A DNA stretch of 64,000 nt, taken from Planctomycetota bacterium. Its GTDB lineage: Bacteria; Planctomycetota; PLA2; JAEUHO01. A program made the position numbers and the translations under genes. A model generated the notes under the pieces. It was not told the DNA's origin. It was given only the letters and a program-made list of their open reading frames with translations, and searched no databases. The stretch is from assembly GCA_050248855.1 (NCBI GenBank), contig JBFWRP010000009.1, positions 99,600-163,599 on the forward strand, in the 5' to 3' direction. Shown here piece by piece: positions 50,376 to 60,900 of the stretch (position 1 is its first letter; every line of letters starts with the position of its first letter).

Positions 50376-53375
50376 ATGGCTGGTCCGCGGCGCCACGGCG
50401 CGCATCGTCGACGTCCCCTGACCGCCCTGGTGGCGCTCGCCCTGCTGACGACGACCGCCGCGCCCACGGCGGCAGAAGACGACGTCGCGGTGACGCCGGC
50501 CGTCGCGCGCAAGGCCGGCCTCGAGCCCGGCGTCTGGGCGCTGGCGGGAGGCTCGCCGTCGCGCGCCGGCTACAGCATCACGGAGCCGGTGATCGGCCCC
50601 TACGAGGAGGCGTGGCGCCTCGACGTCGATGGCACGATCGAAGGCGAGCCGCTCGTGCATCACGGCTTCGTCGTGTTGACCACGGTCGACGGCGAGCTCC
50701 GCACGCTGTGGCTCGTGCGCATGAGCGACCAGCGCACGTGGAAGGTGCGCCGCAAGCACCCCGTCCCCCTGGATCCGGTCATGACGCGGCGCGGGGTCGC
50801 CTGGCGCGAAGGCGACGGCAAGGCCGTCGTGTACCGCTACGGGCGAAGCGGCCTCTCGCGCCGCGGCCTCGTGGCGGCGCCCGACGCGGCCACCACCTTC
50901 GACCTCGTGACCGACGGAGCACGCCTCCTCCTGATCGCGGGCAACGGGCGCTACCTGGCGTACGACGGCTTGGTGAAGGTCGGCGACGGTCGGACGCAGG
51001 ACATGGGCCGGGGGACGCACCGCGCCCCCATGTACGGCGGCCTGTACGGCGGTGTGATGCCCGTCCTCTCCTTCGACGCGGCGGACAACATCTGGCTCGA
51101 CATCGGTCGTGTCCCGTACGACGGCCTGCCCGCCGCGTGGAACGAACAGACGGCGGGGCCGGCCTTCCTCGGTCAGCTCGTCAGCTCGGGCGACAGCCAA
51201 CAGGCTGGCCGAGCCCTGCTGTTCGACCAGGACCTGTTCCTGCGCCCCGGCGGTCCGATCGCGCTGGCCGACGGAAGCAGCGCCAACACGGCGTGGGTGC
51301 GCCGCGACCAGATGGGCGGCTACACCGACGCCGATGGCTCACGGCGCCTCACGCCGCTCAAGACGCTCTGGCTCGGCAACCTGCACGGGATGCCGGTCGG
51401 CAACGGGCGCCTGTGGGTGGCGCGCGGCGGCATGTTCGGGGACCCGGACGAGCTGTTCCGCGCGCAGGTCGACGCCAAGGGCGAAGTCCGCGGCTACACG
51501 CTCGCGTCCCGCAACAAGAACCCCGAGCTGCTCCCGGGCTCGGACCGCATGACGATGGTGCAGGAGGTCCTCCACCTCGGCCGGAGCGTGATCGACATCC
51601 AGCGCATGCGCCGGCTCCCCTCGCTGCCGCTCGATCCCGCCATGCGCGTCGTGCCCGCGGAGGGCCACCTGCTCGTCGTGTCGGCGCCGTCCACGCTGGT
51701 GGCGCTGCGTCGCGCGGGGACGCGCAGCGAGGGCACGCCGGCCTACGTCGGCCCCGCCGCCGAGGCCGGCCATGGTGTCCTGGTCGAGATGGACGGCACC
51801 GTGCACGAGGGCCCGTGGACGCTGGCGGACGCCGTGGCCGAGGACGCCGCGGACGCCACGTTCGCGCGAAGCGACGTCGCCTTGGCGCTGACCGCGGACG
51901 GCAAGGTCGCGTTCGCGGGCCCTGGCCTCTCGGGGGTCGAGGCGCTGTGGACGCTGGCCGACGTCGAGCTGGGCGCGGCCTACGCCGGGCTCGTCAAGGA
52001 CGCCGTCCGTGCGCGGGACCCGGCCCTCGGGCAGCGCTACCTGGCGGAGGCCGGCGCGCGCGGAGCCCGCGAGGACGTCTCCGAGTCGACGCTTCGCGAC
52101 CTGGACAAGCTCACGACGGCCGCGAAGGCCCCCAAGCCCAAGACGGCGCTCGTGGAAAAGGCGATCGCGCGTGAGCAGGAGGCGCTGGCCGCACGTCGCG
52201 CGCGCCTCGCGGCCGCGCGGGAGACCGCCGACGGCACCACGGACTGGGACTGGACCTCCGAGGTGTTGCCGCGCTGGGTGGAGGAGTTCGGGCCCGACGA
52301 CGCGGCACGAGCCCGGGTGCGCGCGCAGCTGCCCGACGTCGTCAAGCCTCCGGAGGACTTCGATCCCCGGGCTTGGCTCGCGCTCGCCGATGCCTGCACG
52401 TGGATCACGTTCACGCAGGTCGACCCCGCGTCCAAGTCCGGCGTGCACCTGCGTCTGGCGCGCAAGGCGTGGCGGGAAGACCTCTACGGCTTCACGACGG
52501 GGCCGCTCATGGTGGTGTCCGCCCTGACCCACCCCCAACGGGTCACGCCCGGCTTGGCGGCGGGCGAGCTCCTGTGCCGAAGGCTCGAGGAGATCCTCGG
52601 CCCCTCGGTGGACCCGCAGTCGGCGGCGGTGCCGATCCCGCTCCACATCTACGAGGACAAGGAGTCCTACCTCGCGGCCGCCACCGAGGGGGCCCGCGGC
52701 AGCTGGCGCGAGCTGGCCGAGCGCTCGGTCGGCTTCTACAGCCCGAACCAGGACATCTCGCGCCTCTTCCTGGACAGCGAGCCCAAGCGCGACCGCGGCG
52801 GCGAGCGCTACTGGTCGACGTTCCTGCACGAGCTGACCCACCACTGGTGCGACCGCCACCTCTCCAGGGGCGGAGGCTCGGCCGTGACGCCGGGCTACTG
52901 GGTCGTCGAAGGCATCGCCGAGTGCATGGCGGACCACGGCGTGGACCTGCGCGGACGCACGCTGGTCCCGCTCGACGCGCAGCTCGAGCGGTTCGACATC
53001 CTGGCAGGGCTGGCGCCCAAGGACGCGCTGCCCTGGGACGAGATGCTCGACATGCCGCAAGTGGGCCTGGCGCAGCTCGCGCAGCGCAAGCCCGTGCAGG
53101 CGTCCTCGTGGTGGAAGCTGGACAGCGGCTACCACCTGGACGGTGTCAACCTCTTCTACCTGCAGTCAGGCGCCGTCTGCCAGTACCTGCTCCTCGCCCA
53201 CGGCGACGAGGGCGCCGCGCTCAAGACGCTCGTGCGTGCCTGGTACGACGGCTCCTACAAGCCGGGGATGGTCAAGCAGGTCACGGGCCTTGCACCCGAC
53301 GAGCTCGGCCAGCGCGTGCTCGCGTTCTGCCGCTCGTGCCGCGACGGGCAGCTGCCTCGAGCGGTCCCGCGTTGA
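50376..53375 (+). CDS. Large exported protein with C-terminal gluzincin-like metallopeptidase motif
   Basis: Signal peptide; PQQ-like beta segment (WRLDVDGTIEGEPLV); GFYSP...FLHELTHHW...WVVEGIAE...Y.QS; SD GAGGAGG. Confidence 0.7.
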   Translation: MAGPRRHGAHRRRPLTALVALALLTTTAAPTAAEDDVAVTPAVARKAGLEPGVWALAGGSPSRAGYSITEPVIGPYEEAWRLDVDGTIEGEPLVHHGFVVLTTVDGELRTLWLVRMSDQRTWKVRRKHPVPLDPVMTRRGVAWREGDGKAVVYRYGRSGLSRRGLVAAPDAATTFDLVTDGARLLLIAGNGRYLAYDGLVKVGDGRTQDMGRGTHRAPMYGGLYGGVMPVLSFDAADNIWLDIGRVPYDGLPAAWNEQTAGPAFLGQLVSSGDSQQAGRALLFDQDLFLRPGGPIALADGSSANTAWVRRDQMGGYTDADGSRRLTPLKTLWLGNLHGMPVGNGRLWVARGGMFGDPDELFRAQVDAKGEVRGYTLASRNKNPELLPGSDRMTMVQEVLHLGRSVIDIQRMRRLPSLPLDPAMRVVPAEGHLLVVSAPSTLVALRRAGTRSEGTPAYVGPAAEAGHGVLVEMDGTVHEGPWTLADAVAEDAADATFARSDVALALTADGKVAFAGPGLSGVEALWTLADVELGAAYAGLVKDAVRARDPALGQRYLAEAGARGAREDVSESTLRDLDKLTTAAKAPKPKTALVEKAIAREQEALAARRARLAAARETADGTTDWDWTSEVLPRWVEEFGPDDAARARVRAQLPDVVKPPEDFDPRAWLALADACTWITFTQVDPASKSGVHLRLARKAWREDLYGFTTGPLMVVSALTHPQRVTPGLAAGELLCRRLEEILGPSVDPQSAAVPIPLHIYEDKESYLAAATEGARGSWRELAERSVGFYSPNQDISRLFLDSEPKRDRGGERYWSTFLHELTHHWCDRHLSRGGGSAVTPGYWVVEGIAECMADHGVDLRGRTLVPLDAQLERFDILAGLAPKDALPWDEMLDMPQVGLAQLAQRKPVQASSWWKLDSGYHLDGVNLFYLQSGAVCQYLLLAHGDEGAALKTLVRAWYDGSYKPGMVKQVTGLAPDELGQRVLAFCRSCRDGQLPRAVPR

Positions 53376-53390
53376 GGTCGTGCGCGTCCC

Positions 53391-54836
53391 TCAGAACGTG
53401 CCCTGCAAGCCCACGTAGAAGACGTCGACGTCTTCCGCTGCGCCCGTGTCCTCGAGGAAGCGTCTCGCGAACACGTGCGCCCACTCGACGAAGGCCTGCC
53501 AGCGCTTGTCGATCTTGTACGTGAGCATCACGTCGATCTCCGTGCCGATCGCACGAGCCGTGCTGCCGCCCGCACCCCGCAGGACGCCTCCCGCCGCGTT
53601 GTAGACGGCATCGTCCGTCTCGGCGCGCCAGAAGGCATGGAACCACGCCTTCAGGTTCAGGGACTTCGTGAGGTCGTACGAACCCTCGACGCGCGCCGCG
53701 AGCACGTTGCTACGCCCGATCACGTCGGCGTGGCCCAGGAACGCATGCGCCAGGGGGAACAGCTGGTCGAAGCCCGCCCGCGTCCCGTCGGCCGGGTCGT
53801 CGTCCCCCGAGGCGTAGTCGATCCCCAGTTCGAGCTTGGGATCGCCACAGGCCGTGCACGGCTTCCACGACAAGGTGGCCGTGGCCATCCAGGCGCCGAT
53901 GTCGTCGGCGCCCACCTCGCCGGTCTGCCATGCCGCCTCCACGTCGTAGTCCAGCCGCGTGCCGCTGACGGTGCCTTCCGCGCGCAGGCCCAGCGTGAGG
54001 CGATCCTCGTCGAGGTCGTCACGCGACAACCCGTACAGGTACGCACCCCAGGTGAGGCACGTGAGCTGGCGGTTGGCGTAGTCGACGCCCCAGAACGTGA
54101 CGTCGTCGTCCTCCTCGTTGAAGTCCTCGGCGGCCACGACGACCGGGTTCGTGTACCAGGCCTCCACGGCCTGGAAGCCGTGCTTCCAGGTCAGGCCACC
54201 GCCCTGGAAGGTGCGCCGCGTGTTCCCCCAGTCGAGCGGGGAGACGAGTCGCTGCTTGCCCGTCTCCAGCTCGCGACGACCGAGCCAGGCACTGCTGGCG
54301 CCGAACCCGAGGTCCCCCCGCAGCTCGCCGAACGCGCCGAGCAGATCGCCGCGATCGATGTCGATGGGCCGCGGCCCCAGCTCGCGCTCGTCGAGCTGGT
54401 CGGCCCAGATGCCCTCCACGAACACGCGCACGTGGTCGCCCACGTGGACATCGGCATGCGCGCGCACGCGCGCGAGCAACCACGCGTCGTCCGGATCGGC
54501 AGGCGCACCGAATGCCTGGTTGCGGAAGCTCTCGAAGCGCGCGCGCACCTGGCCGCCGACGTCGACCCACAGCCGGCGCGAGCGGGTCAGCGGGATGGCC
54601 TTGACCCGCTCGGCCCAGCCGTCCTTCTCGCAGCACGGGACGCAGAGGCAGGGCTTCCAGTCCTCGAGAAAACGGCGGTTGGCGAAGCTGGGCGGGCACG
54701 CGGCCTTCTCGGGCTCGCGGCACGTGCAGCAGGGGTTTGCGGGGCAGTCCGTGCAGGCCTCCCCCGCGACGGCCGGACGCAGCGCGGCCAGCAGCCAAAG
54801 CCCGAGGACGGCGACGAACGCGACGGAGCGACTCAT
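53391..54836 (-). CDS. Alginate-export (AlgE-like) family outer-membrane porin
   Basis: GGQVRARFE, GRREL..G.QRLVSPLDWGNTRRTFQG, YASGDDDP, FDQLFPLAH, IGTEID, C-terminal F. Confidence 0.85.
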   Translation of the reverse strand: MSRSVAFVAVLGLWLLAALRPAVAGEACTDCPANPCCTCREPEKAACPPSFANRRFLEDWKPCLCVPCCEKDGWAERVKAIPLTRSRRLWVDVGGQVRARFESFRNQAFGAPADPDDAWLLARVRAHADVHVGDHVRVFVEGIWADQLDERELGPRPIDIDRGDLLGAFGELRGDLGFGASSAWLGRRELETGKQRLVSPLDWGNTRRTFQGGGLTWKHGFQAVEAWYTNPVVVAAEDFNEEDDDVTFWGVDYANRQLTCLTWGAYLYGLSRDDLDEDRLTLGLRAEGTVSGTRLDYDVEAAWQTGEVGADDIGAWMATATLSWKPCTACGDPKLELGIDYASGDDDPADGTRAGFDQLFPLAHAFLGHADVIGRSNVLAARVEGSYDLTKSLNLKAWFHAFWRAETDDAVYNAAGGVLRGAGGSTARAIGTEIDVMLTYKIDKRWQAFVEWAHVFARRFLEDTGAAEDVDVFYVGLQGTF

Positions 54837-55249
54837 GACGTACTCCTGCGGGGAGATCGGAAAACGGCGAAGGTCGTGCGCTGCAGGATCCGTTCGCTGG
54901 CGGCCCGGACCTTGGCGAAGGCGTCGTGCAAGGGGCACTTCTCGACCTGCCCGCAGATGCCCCCACCAAACGGGCACGCATCGTCTCCGGCGCGTTCGAA
55001 CAGGTCGCGCACCTCGTTCAGGCGGATCGACGCCGGATCGCGCGCGAGCGCGTACCCGCCACCCGGCCCGCGCATGCCGCGCACGAGCCCCGCGCGGGCC
55101 AGCTCGGTGAGCACCTTGGCCACGTAGGGCCGCTGGAGGTTTCGCGCACGCGCGATGTCCGCGGCGGAGACCAGCGTCACGCCGCCGTCGTACCGCTCGG
55201 CGAGGTAGCCCATGGCTGCGATCGCCGTCTCGGTCGCCTTGCCGGTCAT
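54833..55249 (-). CDS. Rrf2 family transcriptional regulator with three Cys
   Basis: YVAKVLTELARAGLVRGMRGPGGGYALAR; CPFGGGIC....CPLH. Confidence 0.92.
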   Translation of the reverse strand: MTGKATETAIAAMGYLAERYDGGVTLVSAADIARARNLQRPYVAKVLTELARAGLVRGMRGPGGGYALARDPASIRLNEVRDLFERAGDDACPFGGGICGQVEKCPLHDAFAKVRAASERILQRTTFAVFRSPRRSTS

Positions 55250-56553
55250 CGGCTGCTCTCCGCCGGCGCGGAGGAGCTGGCACCCGGCAGCTGCAGCGTG
55301 CCACGGAAGACGGGCAGGGCCACCTTCAGCGCCGCCGAGTACACGAGGAGGCCGAACGCCACGATGCCCGCCGAGACACGCCACTCGAGGTGGCTGGGCG
55401 TGTACTCCACGATCTCGTGCAGCGTGCTGGGCACGAAGCCGGGCACGATGAGCCCCATGCCCTTCTCGATCCAGGCGCCGACGAAGGCGAGAACGCACGC
55501 GATGGCGAGCGTGGTGGGCTTCGTCGACGCTCCAGGGCGCAGGAACAGGAAGGCAGCCACGACCGCGAAGGCCAGCGCCGTCCAGATCCACGGGACGAGC
55601 GCCGTCGCCTCGCCGTGTCCGAAGAAGAGGTAGCGAGCCGAAGCCGTGTGCGCGCCCCCGGTGTAGAACTCGGTGAACAGCTCGGACGCGACCATCAGCA
55701 GGTTGACGAGGATCGCCACGCGCACGATGCGCACGAGCACGTCGATCGGGCGCTGGGGCAGGTCGACCCGCCCGAACCGCCGCAGCACGAGCATCGTCAC
55801 GATCAGGAAGGCCGGGCCCGCGACGAAGGCCGAGGCCAGGAACCGCGGCGCGAGGAGCGCGGAGTTCCAGAACGGACGACCGCCGAGCCCGCAGTACAGG
55901 AAGGCCGTGACGGTGTGGATCGAGATCGCCCACACGATCGACACGAGCACGAAGGGCTTGTACCAGCGCGGGTTGGGCTGCCGGCCCAGGAAGCGCGTGT
56001 AGAGCAGGTAGCCCACGACATGCAGGTTGAGGAGCAGGTACCCGCTCAACACGACGACATCCCACGTCAGCATGGACACGGGGAAGTGGAAGCGTCCCAC
56101 GATGGGGAACATGTGCCACACGCGCCCGGGCCGCCCGAGATCCACCGTCACGAACGCCAGGCACGCAAGGATCGCGGCGATGGCGAGGATCTCGCCCAGG
56201 ATCACCACGTCCTGCATCTTCTTGTCCTTGTACAGGTACGCGGGGATCACCATCATCACGCCGCCGGCGGCCACGCCGACCAGGAACGTGAAGTTGGCGA
56301 TGTAGAGGCCCCAGCTGACGTGATCCGTCATGTTCGTGTGGATCATGCCGGAGCTCACCTGGTGGGCCCACGCGTTGACCCCGACGAGGAAGACGGCCGT
56401 CAACCCCGTCATCCAGGCGTAGAAGGCCAGCGAGCCGTCCGTGGCCACTGCCAGGGCGCGCGCGAGGAACCGCGGGTACGTGACCCGATGGGGCTGGGCA
56501 GACGCGGGTCGGGCGGGCGGCGGCGTCGGGATGTCCATGGTCAGGTCGTCCAT
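55246..56553 (-). CDS. NrfD/PsrC/DsrP family membrane quinol-interacting subunit
   Basis: VSWGLYIANFTFLVG, VDLGRP, SMLTWD, WAISIHTVTAF, RFLASAF, WIEKGMGLIVPGF. Confidence 0.9.
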   Translation of the reverse strand: MDDLTMDIPTPPPARPASAQPHRVTYPRFLARALAVATDGSLAFYAWMTGLTAVFLVGVNAWAHQVSSGMIHTNMTDHVSWGLYIANFTFLVGVAAGGVMMVIPAYLYKDKKMQDVVILGEILAIAAILACLAFVTVDLGRPGRVWHMFPIVGRFHFPVSMLTWDVVVLSGYLLLNLHVVGYLLYTRFLGRQPNPRWYKPFVLVSIVWAISIHTVTAFLYCGLGGRPFWNSALLAPRFLASAFVAGPAFLIVTMLVLRRFGRVDLPQRPIDVLVRIVRVAILVNLLMVASELFTEFYTGGAHTASARYLFFGHGEATALVPWIWTALAFAVVAAFLFLRPGASTKPTTLAIACVLAFVGAWIEKGMGLIVPGFVPSTLHEIVEYTPSHLEWRVSAGIVAFGLLVYSAALKVALPVFRGTLQLPGASSSAPAESSR

Positions 56554-56558
56554 CCGCC

Positions 56559-57485
56559 TCAAGCGTCGAAGAAGTAGAAGAAGCTCGGCTTGGTCCCGAG
56601 CTCCTCCTTGAGGACATAGACCCGCTTGTCCTGCAGCACGCGCCGGATGGGCGACTGCGGGTCGAGGATGTTGCCGAAGACGCGTGCGCCGGTCGGGCAC
56701 ACTTCGAGGCACGCCGGCAGACGTCCTTCGCGCGTGCGGTGCAGGCAGAAGTGGCACTTCTCGACCACCCCCTGGGGGCGCACGCGGTTGGAGAGGTAGC
56801 CCTGGTCGGGGTTCAGCTCGTCCGCCGGGACCACGGGCGCGGTCCAGTTGAAGCGGCGCGCATGGTAGGGACACGCCGCCATGCAGTAGCGGCACCCGAT
56901 GCACCAGTCGTAGTCCACGACGACGATCCCGTCGCGCTCCTTCCAGGTGGCCTCGACGGGGCACACGGTGACGCAGGGCGGCTCGTCGCACTGCTGGCAC
57001 TGCACCGGCAAGTAGAACTTGTCCTCCGCAGGGACCGCGTGCGTGTAGGTGGTGTTCCCCTGCTCCATGTCCATCGTGCCCTTGGGCATCTCGAGGACGC
57101 GGATGTAGCTCTGGTGGGTCTCGCGGTCGTGGTTGTTCTCGCGGTGGCACGCCTCCACGCACTTGCCGTTGCCGTTGCAGAGGCTCAAGTTGATCGCGTA
57201 GGCGAACTTGGTGCGCCAGCGCGGCTTGGGGTCGGCGATGGTCACGTCGCGGCCGAACTCCTCGCGTGCCTCGTCCTCGAGACGCCGGATGACCTCCGCC
57301 TTCTCGTCGCGGGAAAGCTCCTTGTAGTGCCGCTGGAACAGCGCCGCGGCGTCGGGGGCCTCCTGGTCGAACAGCGGCGCGGCCGCGGCCCCGAAGGCAG
57401 CCGCACCCAAGGTGGCGCCGAGCGCCTTCACGACACGGCGACGGCTGAGGTCGGCCGCCGGCGGGATCGTCGGGTCATCACTCAT
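56559..57485 (-). CDS. Tat-exported NrfC/DsrO-like 4Fe-4S protein
   Basis: SRRRVVK Tat motif; CNGNGKCVEAC, CQQCDEPPCVTVCP, CIGCRYCMAACP, KCHFC...PACLEVCP. Confidence 0.9.
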   Translation of the reverse strand: MSDDPTIPPAADLSRRRVVKALGATLGAAAFGAAAAPLFDQEAPDAAALFQRHYKELSRDEKAEVIRRLEDEAREEFGRDVTIADPKPRWRTKFAYAINLSLCNGNGKCVEACHRENNHDRETHQSYIRVLEMPKGTMDMEQGNTTYTHAVPAEDKFYLPVQCQQCDEPPCVTVCPVEATWKERDGIVVVDYDWCIGCRYCMAACPYHARRFNWTAPVVPADELNPDQGYLSNRVRPQGVVEKCHFCLHRTREGRLPACLEVCPTGARVFGNILDPQSPIRRVLQDKRVYVLKEELGTKPSFFYFFDA

Positions 57486-58098
57486 CGTGTGTCTCCTCGG
57501 CAGGAGCCAGGAACCGGTCGATCGGCTTGAAGGTGGGCTGCATGCCCGGAAACGCCGGCGCGTGCGGCGCGTGGCAGTGGGTGCACTGGTTGCGCACTTG
57601 GGGACCGCGCGTGCGATCCCAGTAGCCGGACATGCCGCCGTGCAGCCCTGCTGCGTGGTCACGCGCTTGCGGACCGTGGCACTGGCTGCAGAGCTGCGTC
57701 ACGTCCTCGAACGGCAGCGACCGACCATCGGCAAGGCGCAGCCGGTCGTAGTTCGTCGCGTCGTGGCAGGAGAGGCACGTCAGGTTCCCATGGGCCATCT
57801 CGAGGCCACGGTGGAACGCATCCAGCGACGGGCCGCCGCGCTGCTCGGGGGCCGGCGTCTTCACGGCGTGGCACGTGGCGCAGGCCACGGCCTCCACGCC
57901 CCCATCGGGTCGCTCGACATGGATGCGCGGGGTTCCCGGCACGGGCCGCAACACGACGGGATGCAGCATCGTCGGGGCCGGCGGCGGGCTGGGCTCCGCG
58001 TCGGGATCGACATCGCGACCACCGCACGCGCCCAACGAGAACCCGAGCACCAGGAGCATGACGTGCACCAGCGGGCGGCGGTCGGCGGCCTTGGCCAT
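57478..58098 (-). CDS. Tetraheme c-type cytochrome lipoprotein
   Basis: LGA-C lipobox; CATCH, CLSCH, CSQCH, CTHCH; G.HG..GYW motif. Confidence 0.85.
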   Translation of the reverse strand: MAKAADRRPLVHVMLLVLGFSLGACGGRDVDPDAEPSPPPAPTMLHPVVLRPVPGTPRIHVERPDGGVEAVACATCHAVKTPAPEQRGGPSLDAFHRGLEMAHGNLTCLSCHDATNYDRLRLADGRSLPFEDVTQLCSQCHGPQARDHAAGLHGGMSGYWDRTRGPQVRNQCTHCHAPHAPAFPGMQPTFKPIDRFLAPAEETHDE

Positions 58099-58157
58099 CG
58101 AGGGGACTCCCGGTCGGACCTGCATCCGCTCTGCACGGTAGTCCCGCCACCGACCCT

Positions 58158-58181
58158 ATTCAAGAATTCACGATCCGAAAT
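58158..58181. promoter_or_regulatory. Imperfect AT-rich palindrome in the divergent promoter (candidate Rrf2 operator)
   Basis: ATTCAAGA-ATTCACGA-TCCGAAAT; half-sites ATTyvRGA / TCYbrAAT. Confidence 0.4.
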
Positions 58182-58237
58182 TGGTTTTCTTCTGCGGGCC
58201 CCGCGGCTACCGTCGTCGGCGTCGCGGAGGAAGCGCC

Positions 58238-58504
58238 ATGCCCGTGAGCGGCATCGTCCTGACCCTGACCGAGGACCGCGAGCGCCGTGACGGCGTGCTG
58301 CGGCACCTGGCGGTCGACGAGCGGGTCGAGCTCGGACCCACCGAGGGGCGCCGCGTGGCCGTCGTCCTGGTCACCGACTCGCTGGCCGCGGGCCGCGACC
58401 TCTGCGAGGAGCTGGTGGCCTTGCCGGGCATCGACCAGCTCGAGGTCGCCTATGTCGCCGCGGAGGACGGGCCCGCCCCCACGGCCGAGGGAGCTTCCAC
58501 GTGA
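58238..58504 (+). CDS. napD: NapD chaperone
   Basis: MPVSGIVL...RVAVVL...LPGI...VAYV; SD GGAGG; overlaps the napA start. Confidence 0.8.
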   Translation: MPVSGIVLTLTEDRERRDGVLRHLAVDERVELGPTEGRRVAVVLVTDSLAAGRDLCEELVALPGIDQLEVAYVAAEDGPAPTAEGAST

Positions 58505-60897
58505 GCACCGCCACGAACCGTCGCACCGTGCTGAAGGCCGCCGCCATGGCGGCCGCGGTCGCGGCCCTGAGGCCGGGTCGGCTGCAGGCTGGCGAGCCCG
58601 TTCCCCAACAGCCGTCCCTCACGTGGTCCAAGGCCCCCTGCCGCTTCTGCGGAACGGGCTGTCACGTGCAGGTCGGCGTGGAGCACGGGCGGGTCGTCGC
58701 CATCGCCGGCGACCGCGACGCGGAGGTCAACAAGGGCCTGCTCTGCGTGAAGGGCTACCACGTGGGCATGGTGCTCTACGGCAAGGACCGCCTCACGGAG
58801 CCGTTGCTTCGTCGCGGCGACGAGTACGTGCCCATCTCCTGGGACGAGGCCATCGACGTGGTGGCGCGGCGCATCCTGCGTGCACCGGAGCGCTTCGCGT
58901 TCTACGGGTCCGGCCAGTGGACCATCCCCGAGGGCTACGCGGCCCAGAAGCTCATGAAGGGTGGGCTCTCGAACAACCACATCGATCCCAACGCGCGGCT
59001 GTGCATGGCATCGGCCGTCACGGGCTTCCTCGCCACGTACGGTGTCGACGAGCCCGCGGGCTGCTACGACGACTTCGACGCCTGCGACGTCGTGATCTGC
59101 TGGGGCAACAACCCGGCCGAGATGCATCCCGTCTTGTTCTCCCGCATCGTGGACCGCCGCTCCCGCGGTCAGCGGGTGCGCTTGATCGACATCGGCACGC
59201 GCCGCACGCGGACGACGGACCAGGCGGACAGCTACCTCGAGATGAAGCCCCACGGCGACGTGGCCATCGCGCTGGGGATCCTGGCCCTCCTGCGCGCCAA
59301 GGGCGCGTGGGACCGCTCGTTCGTCGAGAAGCACTGCGCGTTCCGCGCCCCCGAGGCCGAGAGCCCCTCCCTGCAGGGCGAGGCCATCTCGTTCGAGACG
59401 TGGAGCGAGCGCATCGCGGCGTACACGCCCGACGTCGTCGAGCGCTTGTCGGGCATCGCCAAGGACGACCTGGAGATGCTCGCCAGCCTGTTCGCGGACC
59501 GCTCGCTGCGCATCACCAGCCTCTGGTGCATGGGTGTCAACCAGCACACGATGGGCACGGCCATGAACAGCCTGATCCATGGCGTGCACTTGTTCAGCGG
59601 GCACTTCGGCCGGCCGGGCGACGCGCCCACCAGCTTGACCGGGCAGCCCTCGGCCTGCGGCACCGTGCGCGAAGTCGGCACGCTGGCGCATGCCCTGCCG
59701 GGCGGACGTCTCGTGGCCAAGCCCGAGCATCGGGCCCAGTGCGAAGCCGTCTGGAACGTCCCGGCGGGTCGCATCAACCCCAAGCCGGGCCACCACACCG
59801 TGAAGATGTGGGAGCAGTTCACGACGCCGGCCGCGGAAGGCGGTGACATCGACACGATCTTCGTGCAGGTCACCAACCCCGGGCAGACGCTGCCCAACCT
59901 CCCCCTGCTCTTCGATCGCAAGGCCGGGCAGGACGACAAGTTCCTGATCGTGGCCGACGCCTACCCCACGGCCACCACGCGCCTCGCCGACCTCATCCTC
60001 CCGGCCGCCATGTGGGTGGAGAAGAACGGGATGTTCGGCAACAGCGAACGACGCACGCAGCAGTGGTTCAAGATGGTCGAGCCGCCGGGCCAAGCCCGCG
60101 ACGACTGCTGGATGACGATCGCCATCGCCCACCGCCTGATGGAGCTGGGGCATCCCGGCATGAAGGACAAGGACGGCCGGTTCCTGTTCCACGTCGAGGA
60201 CGAGCAGGGCAACGCCGTCCCCATTTGGCAATGGGAGCACTACTACGACGTCAACGTGGACAAGGTCCTGTTCGAGGAGTACCGACAGCTGACGCGGATG
60301 AAGCACAAGGACCTCGCGCCCTACGAGGAGTACGTGAAGGCGCGCGGCCTGCGCTGGCCCGTGGTCGAGCAGCCGGACGGCAGCTGGCGAGAGACGCGTT
60401 ATCGCTTCAGCGGCTTCGACGATCCCTACGTGGCCGACGGCCAGGACGTCGAGTTCTACCACTCCACGACCGGCGACGGCCGGGCCCAGATCTGGTTCCA
60501 CGAGTACGAGCCCCCGCCCGAGGTCCCCGACGACGAGTACCCCTTCTGGCTCTGCACGGGGCGCGTGCTCGAGCATTGGCACACGGGGACGATGACGCGT
60601 CGCGTCGCCCCGCTGGCCGGCGCCATGCCCACGGCCTATGTCGAGGTCCACCCGGACGATGCGAAGGCCCTGGGCCTGGGCGAGGGCGAGATCGTCTACG
60701 TGGAGTCGCGACGCGGACGGGCCGAGCTTCCGGTCTGGACACGGGGGCGGGGACGGCCTCCTCGCGGCAGCGTGTTCGTGCCGTTCTTCGACGAGACGCG
60801 CCTCGTGAACGAGGCCACGTTGCACGCCCACGATCCCTTCTCGAAGCAGCCCGACTACAAGAAGTGCGCCGTGCGCCTGCGGCGGCTCGGGGACTGA
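58501..60897 (+). CDS. napA: Periplasmic nitrate reductase catalytic subunit
   Basis: Tat [17 protein letters not shown]...[77 protein letters not shown]. Confidence 0.96.
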   Translation: MSTATNRRTVLKAAAMAAAVAALRPGRLQAGEPVPQQPSLTWSKAPCRFCGTGCHVQVGVEHGRVVAIAGDRDAEVNKGLLCVKGYHVGMVLYGKDRLTEPLLRRGDEYVPISWDEAIDVVARRILRAPERFAFYGSGQWTIPEGYAAQKLMKGGLSNNHIDPNARLCMASAVTGFLATYGVDEPAGCYDDFDACDVVICWGNNPAEMHPVLFSRIVDRRSRGQRVRLIDIGTRRTRTTDQADSYLEMKPHGDVAIALGILALLRAKGAWDRSFVEKHCAFRAPEAESPSLQGEAISFETWSERIAAYTPDVVERLSGIAKDDLEMLASLFADRSLRITSLWCMGVNQHTMGTAMNSLIHGVHLFSGHFGRPGDAPTSLTGQPSACGTVREVGTLAHALPGGRLVAKPEHRAQCEAVWNVPAGRINPKPGHHTVKMWEQFTTPAAEGGDIDTIFVQVTNPGQTLPNLPLLFDRKAGQDDKFLIVADAYPTATTRLADLILPAAMWVEKNGMFGNSERRTQQWFKMVEPPGQARDDCWMTIAIAHRLMELGHPGMKDKDGRFLFHVEDEQGNAVPIWQWEHYYDVNVDKVLFEEYRQLTRMKHKDLAPYEEYVKARGLRWPVVEQPDGSWRETRYRFSGFDDPYVADGQDVEFYHSTTGDGRAQIWFHEYEPPPEVPDDEYPFWLCTGRVLEHWHTGTMTRRVAPLAGAMPTAYVEVHPDDAKALGLGEGEIVYVESRRGRAELPVWTRGRGRPPRGSVFVPFFDETRLVNEATLHAHDPFSKQPDYKKCAVRLRRLGD

Positions 60898-60900
60898 GCC

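Noticed and set aside
55246..57485. dsrOP indicating sulfur metabolism
   Set aside because: The family resemblance is real, but no dsrMKJ or dsrAB is present here and the context is nap.
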